From the NCBI GenBank assembly GCA_000091205.1, contig AP006494.2: 64,000 nt of DNA, one strand, 5' to 3'. A program made the translations under genes and the position numbers. The notes under the pieces were generated by a model, which saw only the letters and a list, made by a program, of their open reading frames with translations, was not told the origin of the DNA and searched no databases. The DNA is from Cyanidioschyzon merolae (taxonomy: Eukaryota). Numbering within the stretch: the first letter of the stretch is position 1; every line of letters starts with the position of its first letter. This document shows, piece by piece, positions 57,601 to 64,000 of this stretch.

Positions 57601-59816
57601 GCTAGATCAGTCGTCTCTAGTCCGGTACCATATTTGTCGTCATAAAGTGCTTCGCACACCAGGCGATGCACTGAAAACAGCAAGGGAAACTGTCCTAGGC
57701 GGGCGGCTTTGGCCAGATTGACACTGAGCTCGGTGATATTTCTTAGTCGTCGCTGCTTGACGAGCAGCAGTTGACGCGCGAGCTCCTCATCGCCTTGCTC
57801 AGCGCAAGCATCGACTAGGCGAAATGCATCGGCGTCCGAGAGTACTGCAAGTATCTGGGCAGCGCTCTGATCTTTGCGACTCGTATCGATGGTGGCGTGT
57901 TCCAGGAGCAAGCGTACGCAGCTCAAGTTGGCACTGGGAATGACTCGACACAGCGCCTCCTGCAGTGTCCAGTCCCAGAGTTGCGGATACTTGCGGTACG
58001 GCTCCTGGTTGCGTTCCTGGGCCAGGAGGATACGGAGCAGCGTTGGCTCGCCGCGCTCGGCGCTCTGGAACAAGGCATGCTGCTCGTTGCGCAAGAGCAA
58101 CTGCCCTAAACGGATAACATGATGATGCGCAGCCCATTGAAGGAGGTTTGCGGATTGGAGCGCACACTCCTGAAACACTTTCTGGAGTGCGCTGTCGAAG
58201 GATGCATCCGCGGGCAGGCTGACACCGTCTTCCCGCTCGCCGCTGCTGGTAACGACCTGCTCATGGAGGCATGTTGAAGGCGTCGCTAAGAGTTGCTGCA
58301 CAAGCTGCACGATTAGGTTTTGATCTAGCGCATCTGGTTTCAAGGGCATTGCACTGAACTCCAGCTTCTTTTCTGTTTTCAAAAGCTCACAGCAGAGCAT
58401 GCCCAGTAGATGTGCATTGTGCGCAGCCGCAAACGGGAAAGTGCGCAGCACGTGAAGCAATGAAGGTGCAGGATGCTGGACTGCCCAGCGCATGCACTGA
58501 GCGCACACAGTATCGAACTGGGACGGATCGATTTGCAAGGCCCCTTGTCGCCCTCTGAAACGCTCCAGGATCTCTGCACACACATTTCGAACAGATTCTG
58601 AAGCACCGGTTTTCCAGCTGGACTCGAATAGACAGAACAGCGTCTGATCCGCGAGTTGAGATTCCATCGAGCGTTGAATTGCTGGATCCATCTTTTGAAC
58701 TGTTTCGTACAGAACAAGGAGCGAGGAGACATATCCCGCGTTTGCAAGCAGGTCCGCAACCAAATGCAAATCAGCGCGATGCTGCAACTGCAGCAACAGC
58801 GCATAGAGGCCATTGGCTGCTTCTGGACGAACCTGTTTCTCGTCGTGCGTACAAGCACGAATGATACCATCGAACATCACTGGGGAGCGTGCAGCTGCTG
58901 CTCTGTTCCAGAGCCAAACTCGCGTCGATAGGGTAAACTGTGTGTACGGCAAGCTCTGGATATCGAAGTGGTAGTGCGTGAACAACCAGTCGGCGGCATG
59001 CTCATGGTGGACCTCGACGAACCATTCGAGCATCAGCGGCGGAACCGGGCACAGAACGCATGTCAGAGCATCCAGTACACGTTCTTGGAAACCTTTATCA
59101 TGCGCCTGGTCATCCAAAGCAGAGGTATCGAGATCCGTTGCAGTTGCTGGCGAGTCGCTAGGCACCGACGGTGTTGCCGGAGCGAGCAGTGCACGCACCA
59201 TGTCCTCATCGGTGACGCGGGCGCTGGGAGCTTCAGATGCCACGAAATTTCCCGTATCTTTGTACCGCATCGTCCGATGATAGGCTCGAAGGAGCATCTC
59301 CGCCAGGAACAGCGGCTCGTGGAGCCGCTTTACTGGCGCGTTTCGCAGGATCCGTACTACGCCCGGCTCTTCCATATCGATTGCCTGCGTCATACAGGTA
59401 GTCCATGTGTCGCGGGGAATCTCAGAGGGGGCTAGGGCACGCTCCGACGCTGTCGCTACCACTTGCGTCAACACATCCATACGCTGTGCCGCTGGCTGGT
59501 TGGCCTCAGCGGATCCAGTGCAGTACCGTAATAAGACAGGCATCGTCCGTGAGAGAGATACTTCCTTCAAAACATGAGGATACTGGTAGCAAAGTTGGAA
59601 AAGGGCGTCATACCGCTTTTTCTCAGCTAACAGGTCAGCAACCTTGGCGAGGCGCTCGTATTCGAGGCCCTTGCGCCGGATATAGACCAGACGCTCCAAC
59701 GCTGCAACATTGCCAGCTCGAAACGCGCTTGCCCAGACCTGACGCAACTCTTGGTTACTTGCAGATTCTGGGTCTTCGATGATACGAAGCGCTTCCGCGT
59801 CAAAGGTTCCGGTCAT
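54633..59816 (-). CDS. Very large (1727 aa) protein with ankyrin-like repeats and long Ser/Ala/Thr-rich C-terminal tail
   Basis: Segments such as LLLAAAEGKAELVKLCIRDLDVDVNATDKDGFSALQLALRP and ...AAMHGDLAVLHDAIRL... fit the ankyrin-repeat consensus. Single ORF. Confidence 0.5.
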   Translation of the reverse strand: MTGTFDAEALRIIEDPESASNQELRQVWASAFRAGNVAALERLVYIRRKGLEYERLAKVADLLAEKKRYDALFQLCYQYPHVLKEVSLSRTMPVLLRYCTGSAEANQPAAQRMDVLTQVVATASERALAPSEIPRDTWTTCMTQAIDMEEPGVVRILRNAPVKRLHEPLFLAEMLLRAYHRTMRYKDTGNFVASEAPSARVTDEDMVRALLAPATPSVPSDSPATATDLDTSALDDQAHDKGFQERVLDALTCVLCPVPPLMLEWFVEVHHEHAADWLFTHYHFDIQSLPYTQFTLSTRVWLWNRAAAARSPVMFDGIIRACTHDEKQVRPEAANGLYALLLQLQHRADLHLVADLLANAGYVSSLLVLYETVQKMDPAIQRSMESQLADQTLFCLFESSWKTGASESVRNVCAEILERFRGRQGALQIDPSQFDTVCAQCMRWAVQHPAPSLLHVLRTFPFAAAHNAHLLGMLCCELLKTEKKLEFSAMPLKPDALDQNLIVQLVQQLLATPSTCLHEQVVTSSGEREDGVSLPADASFDSALQKVFQECALQSANLLQWAAHHHVIRLGQLLLRNEQHALFQSAERGEPTLLRILLAQERNQEPYRKYPQLWDWTLQEALCRVIPSANLSCVRLLLEHATIDTSRKDQSAAQILAVLSDADAFRLVDACAEQGDEELARQLLLVKQRRLRNITELSVNLAKAARLGQFPLLFSVHRLVCEALYDDKYGTGLETTDLAHTCMELFQQLSDVDLRELARIAAMHGDLAVLHDAIRLFFREFATDTSSRDELLIELLRLAVQYGHVQLVGFLGARYPSVLHRAPEACIGQNTVLIYHNRMEEGITRDKAAALLTELLNVRAPVANSTREHAGTVAPNAGSATDAVAGHEQKHGSRRASQVSRGRYGLDASSVSSMDDDSSRASKRISDGLPSPATFFPGERIRAFDERSPAGAPSDDASFVRITITTPQHQHQHQHQHQQSPARMFGTEPHQQEACSVSVNSAGAASSARIQHASLQRQSAGNASNEATPAYLLRGLGSIRQPLLVQMLNWSVRERYAILLQLLLQLGLAISQANLNELLLCAVEGNDLNTMDAFLEAVTRSQRNESVHPVVLDPTADILVRALVLGNTEMALRLLRLNRSISVYRRKLAMKERTQLLLLAAAEGKAELVKLCIRDLDVDVNATDKDGFSALQLALRPLHPERLLPLDTSAIGEQVPMASLQRIQTVIELIERGAKLQLLDEFDLFLVLRALAHAQDSVVAALMRITEFPDDDHDDHDHEPGCLRRFVQSPLGVRILRESISMLQPVVTGMSPTFSARSGTHEQPRSDRSKFQREPDIRGIRGNARRRVPLHSDASLDHAARHEDAAYAVARFLVMYEETLLLHMSVREQWQFLFAAVATGDRAALQKLRGSVFAEAFDPTAWNDVHGRTLLDVAATLEDVQVAEAVMVALTEPFVVAPSVEILVESSDSIAHTSASTGGTSKGDTDAEADADADADADAGAGSLSAAVDPSTPAMRNGTPTGSAAAVHAARAPAFTAPLTTPTERRVFYPEGDADTSQGAHLSPAPRSTCSRSDLGSDLDQERTALPASVRHPTEATRQSASQKDNAERGPVVVTNASPEIPPDTTSETSDLAAEQARREALSAPGSPLSLAPPDSSLSSSSLLLSSAGVDASAPIAGGTGSGTSAARTAFAHSTATSNVAPKAMVLERTGRSAHEAGPPTTETQLA

Positions 59817-61072
59817 GGCGCTTGGACGGGGTCAGGTGTCGACGCCTTCCGAGAACAGGAGTATCATCCGCCCTCAACGGATGCGCCTCGGGGATTCCGT
59901 TTGAAATCAGGATTGCGGCGGGAGGTACAAAAGAACCTCTACATTTAGGGATATGATGGTATTTTGTTGGAAGCACGCGCTCGCTGTGATCTCGGCATCG
60001 CTGGTCGTCCAGCGATTCGGACTCTGGGCACGGGCGTAGTACACACACACACACATATATATATATACCCTGATGCGTCGACACGCATGCGAAGATGCCT
60101 CACGAGTGCTGGGAAGCAACGCAGGACTCAGTGGTTGGCATCGTTCGGGTTGATGCTCGAGGTTGCGGGAGCGTGGCATGCCCTGCGCCTAATGGAGGTT
60201 TACGCCCCGCTCGACTCGGGCGAGCGCGTTTTTGGATTGTGCTTTCCAGGCTGTAAGGATTGGGTCTCTGGTACCTTGCGGACGCGGTAAGAAGACGTAT
60301 GCTGGGTGCCATGATCGAGGAAAGTGATGCACTTTACTCGGCTGTGATTGTGATTGTGGTTGTGTGTGTAGCGGCGCCATGCAGATGCGTTCCCTGGCAA
60401 ACTTGAATAGCACTCAGGGCGAAGCAGAGCATGCGACTGCTGGCAGATGCCGAGCCCCGACAACTAGTGCTACAGCAAATCGAGGCACAAGGCTGTTCGT
60501 ATCTTTTGGGAGCAGAGAGTCGCCAATGATCCCGTGCACGGTGTCAGGGCGAATGCGCCGTGAAGTCCGCACCACCGGGCAGGTTGCGTAGGCAGCCTCT
60601 GCCTCAGTATCTCCCTCATATCCGAGAAAACGTGCGTCTGTTTTGCGATCGCCGTCAATGTATTGTAAAGCGATTTCAGAGAACGCCAGCGGTGCATCCC
60701 TCTTCGAGCCGCACATACAAACGTTTGCCTGGTTATGGCACCCTGCATCCTGCAAGTGACGACGACGACATGCTCGCTCCAACCGGTCGCCGTTGAAGTC
60801 TGTACACGAAACGGGCTGCGGTGCAGTGCCGGGTCTGTGCGCAGCCCGGCACGAAGTCACAAGTTTTCAGTATGAGCGCCCGGTGCGGGTGGCGCCTCGC
60901 TGCTGGCATCTGGGCAGAGGCGCTCGACCCGCGCCTTTCCAACGCTCGCGGACGCTTGGGTAAACACGCACCACCACAGCGCTGCTTCTACGCCTGCTTG
61001 CAGCACAAGGCGGCCTGAGGCGAGTTCGCTCGCGAAGCTCAACGCCAACTCGTTGTCAAAGACGTGTCTCGC

Positions 61073-61510
61073 TCACGATTCCTCCAAGTTGATTGCACTC
61101 CCAAACTTCCCGTATAGTCGCTTCTTGAGTTCAGACATGGTTCTAATGACCGACGCCCGCTGCTCCCGATGTTTTTCTAGGGAATCGTTTAATCGACTCC
61201 TCCGAATCGTTAGCTGGTGCTCCACAAACGTTTGCGGGACTCGAAAGAACGCACTACCGACACGCAGCTCTGCGGTCGCAAGCGAATCGCTTGGCGTGTC
61301 CTCAGTGCCCCTTTCCTCTGAAGCGTCTGTTTCTGGGTTCTCCATATCGTCGCCGAGACCGAGCATGAGCTCCTCTTCGGCGTCGTCCAGACCCTGGAGC
61401 TCACTCTCCTCGACTGCGATCCGTGCGCTAAGCTCGTTGCGTTCGTGGAGCAAACGATTGAACGTGCAGATTTCTTGGAGATCATCGGAAGTGACATCCA
61501 CTTTTGCCAT
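61073..61510 (-). CDS. PFDN4: Prefoldin subunit 4 (beta-type prefoldin), 145 aa
   Basis: Coiled-coil / beta-hairpin / coiled-coil layout. The C-terminal KKRLYGKFGSAINLEES matches PFDN4 (KVQLYAKFGSNINLEADES). The N-terminal DDLQEICTFNRL matches EDQQKINKFARN. Confidence 0.8.
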   Translation of the reverse strand: MAKVDVTSDDLQEICTFNRLLHERNELSARIAVEESELQGLDDAEEELMLGLGDDMENPETDASEERGTEDTPSDSLATAELRVGSAFFRVPQTFVEHQLTIRRSRLNDSLEKHREQRASVIRTMSELKKRLYGKFGSAINLEES

Positions 61511-61539
61511 GTTCTCTTAAAGACTCGGTATAGGCACAG

Positions 61540-62935
61540 TGGGTGCGTCGTCCTTCGCCCCAGGAACCGGCTCGGTACGCACGCTGTCGCCCGTTGCGAG
61601 CACAAGTGCAAACCCAGCTGCACAACGCGTATCACTGCGTTCTGCGTTTGCGCACACCGGGGATGCAGCGCAGCCGCTCGAGCACTCGGACGTACCACTG
61701 TGAGAGTCGTCTGCCTGGACGCAGTCGAAAGCGTCCCGTCGGATGAATATATGTTCTTGCTTGTCTCCCATCTTCTTCTTCGTGGTCGTATGCTCTTCTT
61801 TGCTCCATAATCGGAGACAAGAGGATTTTCCGGTTTTTCGGGCATCTGGGGGTGACGGCGCGCCAGGATCCTCTGCTTGCATGTCCATACCTATTACTTG
61901 GATTTTGTATTTCTTCAAAATAAACGCACTTGTTAATGCCCTTAGATAAGGACCTTTTCGGAGGCAGGAGGACCTGCGGAAGAAAGACGACTTGTGCTCG
62001 CGGTTTGTCCCCGCGGGCTGCACGCTTCAGCGATTCCTCCAGTGAAGCGATCATTATGTGTCACAACAGAGAACAAGCCTTCGATGGGGATGAACCACGG
62101 AGCGTACGGAGGAACCACAAGGAGGTCTAGCACCCAACAGAATCCTCAAAAGCTCGAATGCAAGGGAAACAGTGAGATGCCACGCTGTCCAATAGAGGAA
62201 CGTCGCCAGACGTCAGGGGTAAAGTCGTCAATCCTTTGATAAACTGGGTGCTATTATGTGAGCCTTCTCCACTGGGGAAACTGATGTCGCCACTTGAATC
62301 CACTGCAGCTAGAGCAGATGATGATGTCGTCGTTCTCATCGGGTTCGACTGTGCATACGACGGGCTCCCTCTCCACGAATACCCATATACGCTCCCACGT
62401 TTCGTCCGAAGAAAGTCCTATCAACAGAAAAAAGAAACCGACGATCCTGTGCTTCTCACAGATCGCGACGCTCGATAAACCCTCTCGTTGGGATTTCGGC
62501 AGCAGATAGCCGAGTGTGAACTAGGACTCTCTTCTTGCGACTGTGCCCCTGTGCGTTTCGTAGGACATGAACTAGCCGTAGAGAAACAGAGATTCCGGTG
62601 GTGGCTGCAATCATCGCTTTTATTTTCCGCAAGGTGAACAAAGAGTCGGTTTTGTACCACTGGCCGCAAACAGTGTTTAAGAATATCGGATTCTAACGCG
62701 GACCGCATACACTCCTCTCTTTCAGCGTTCCGCAACCATTTGAAGACTGTGGTATGACTGACCTGAAGGAGGAATGCAGTATTCCTTGCACTGTTCAGTA
62801 AACAATAGTTCTTATAGACGATTCGTCTACGATCTATACAATACATTGCATTGTGATTTCGACCGCCTACGATACACCGCTACGAGGAGGGCACGGTCGA
62901 GTGAAACAAACCTGAGTCAAAAGAATATATAGGTT
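61540..62935 (-). mobile_element. Short copy of the TnpB/Fanzor-like element family in inverted orientation (HTH-like ORF 62421-62846, MIASLEESLKR ORF 61632-62054); RuvC-III region decayed; 3' end abuts the prefoldin-4 start
   Basis: The 5' end ...ggtttgtttcactcgaccgtg...gcggtgtatcgtaggcggtcgaaat... (reverse complement) aligns with 35.93-36.0 kb. The ORFs MYCIDRRRIVYKNYCLLNSAR / MIASLEESLKRAARGD parallel MYCTDRRRIANRICCLLNSAR / MIALVGESLKRTSHGD. Confidence 0.4.
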
Positions 62936-63301
62936 CACACATCAAGATTGATCAACACCGCACTGGGCCGAATGCGCGTCATTGCTCAGCCATTCAGCAG
63001 AGCCCCACATACCATAGTGCTCGGATACCCAAGCACCCTACATACACCAGCGCTCTGTGTTCGATACCACGCTATATGCTGCTGCTCGGGATGCCGCTGG
63101 CGCCTGTGGCAGCGTCGCACCACAGCAGTGCATGCGCGCGCGCGCGCCATCGCGTTCATGATCAAAAGTCTAGGGATGCGGTTTCCGCTGTCATCACTAC
63201 GACTCGAGGCAAGCGTTATTTTTACCGCGTGCCGCTCTCGAGTGTTTGCTACGAGAACGAAACTGGTGCTACGGAAAGCCTCCGCTCAATATAGCTAAAA
63301 T

Positions 63302-64000
63302 ATGTTGAATTTCACGACGAGTGCCGTGCTGGTCACGCGCACCTGGCGAAGGCGTTGCACGGGCTGCCAGCAGGCGCCAAGCGTCGCCTACCGAAAAAGC
63401 ACCTGCTTTGGTGTTGCTGGTGTGCGACTCTGTGCAGAGTCGAGTCCACCGACACCGGCAGGTGCGGCGTCTTTGGAGAGATCTGCGGGCGCTGGAACCG
63501 AGACTGCTGATGGCGGTGTCTCTGGCAGCGGACAAGGTTTCACACCTTCCATTACGGCCGATAACGAGTCGCAGTACTATGCGACGCGTCTCGTTGTGAC
63601 TTGTCGCGACCGAAAAGGGTTGCTGAGTGACCTCACCGATGCGCTGAAGTCGATTGGTTTGCAGATTCGGCGGGCGGTTGCGCGTACAAAGGACGGCATC
63701 GCGAGCGATGAGTTCTTTGTTACCCGGGACGGATCGCAGCTTTCGGACACCGACCTCGATGCAGTGGAGCAAGCACTACAGCCGGTTATGGGTACTTCGG
63801 GTCCGACGTGCCCTGTTCCGCAGAACACTGAACGGCGCCTTCCGGCTCCGCAGTCCCCGGTGCGTTTCGTCGACCACAACCGAGGCGTCCACGTCTACGT
63901 GGATAATCACGCATCGCAACATTATACGACCATAACGGTGAATGCCCCCGACCGGCCGAATCTTCTCAACGAAATCATAGATGTCTTGCACGAGCTAGAG
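63302..64000 (+). CDS. ACT-domain-repeat (ACR-type) protein, 5' part only (runs off the window), with a presequence-like N-terminus
   Basis: Open frame from ATG 63302 to the window end. YATRLVVTCRDRKGLLSDLTDALKSIGLQIRRAVARTKDGIASDEFFVTRDG and HYTTITVNAPDRPNLLNEIIDVLHEL are two consecutive ACT-domain beta-alpha-beta-beta-alpha-beta starts, as in plant/algal ACR proteins. Confidence 0.6.
   Translation, partial: MLNFTTSAVLVTRTWRRRCTGCQQAPSVAYRKSTCFGVAGVRLCAESSPPTPAGAASLERSAGAGTETADGGVSGSGQGFTPSITADNESQYYATRLVVTCRDRKGLLSDLTDALKSIGLQIRRAVARTKDGIASDEFFVTRDGSQLSDTDLDAVEQALQPVMGTSGPTCPVPQNTERRLPAPQSPVRFVDHNRGVHVYVDNHASQHYTTITVNAPDRPNLLNEIIDVLHELE

Noticed and set aside
1-64000. Prokaryotic defence island or operon interpretation of the window
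   Set aside because: The gene content (cyclin, GID/MAEA, Rab GDI, prefoldin, Greatwall-like kinase, DCAF8) and its architecture are eukaryotic. There is no Shine-Dalgarno or operon structure, and genes alternate strands with kb-scale spacing.

Overview
The window is a GC-rich (~58%), gene-dense, apparently intron-poor eukaryotic nuclear locus, not a prokaryotic one. I cannot name the organism from sequence alone. Evidence for the eukaryotic call: long uninterrupted ORFs encode typical eukaryotic housekeeping and signalling proteins. These are a DCAF8-like WD40 protein, NatB catalytic subunit NAA20, a cyclin, GID-complex subunit MAEA/Gid9, Rab GDI, an LRR protein, a BioF-like alpha-oxoamine synthase, a metallophosphoesterase, a saccharopine-dehydrogenase-like protein, two AGC kinases (one a giant Greatwall/Rim15-like kinase), a ChaN/DUF399-like protein, an Mrp/NBP35 Fe-S ATPase, an ankyrin-repeat giant protein, prefoldin-4 and an ACT-domain protein. 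Genes alternate strands, with divergent pairs sharing 0.3-1.7 kb promoters, and coding regions carry many trinucleotide microsatellites (polyQ, polyD, polyN, polyH). The most interesting content is a family of four or five copies of a mobile element whose conserved 3' module encodes the hallmark RuvC-III motif of TnpB/Fanzor (OMEGA) RNA-guided nucleases (..KKRMEFVNRDFNAAINIRRC..). One long copy at about 7.8-11.2 kb carries a near full-length TnpB/Fanzor-like gene broken by frame changes and a stop. A second, 3'-truncated copy at 50.0-51.9 kb is 98% identical. Three short (1.2-1.5 kb) derivatives at 28.6, 35.9 and 62.9 kb each end immediately upstream of a same-strand host gene. These elements, their conserved 3' (candidate omega-RNA) module and their promoter-proximal placement are the main candidate novel system. 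Secondary observations include a bacterial-type twin-arginine motif in the ChaN-like protein, hinting at plastid-lumen targeting, and several tandem repeats. The supplied ORF track accepts non-ATG starts (the 63321 ORF begins at GTG), so some coordinates I quote as true ATG starts differ from the track. All functional calls rest on motif recognition by eye and need profile or BLAST confirmation.
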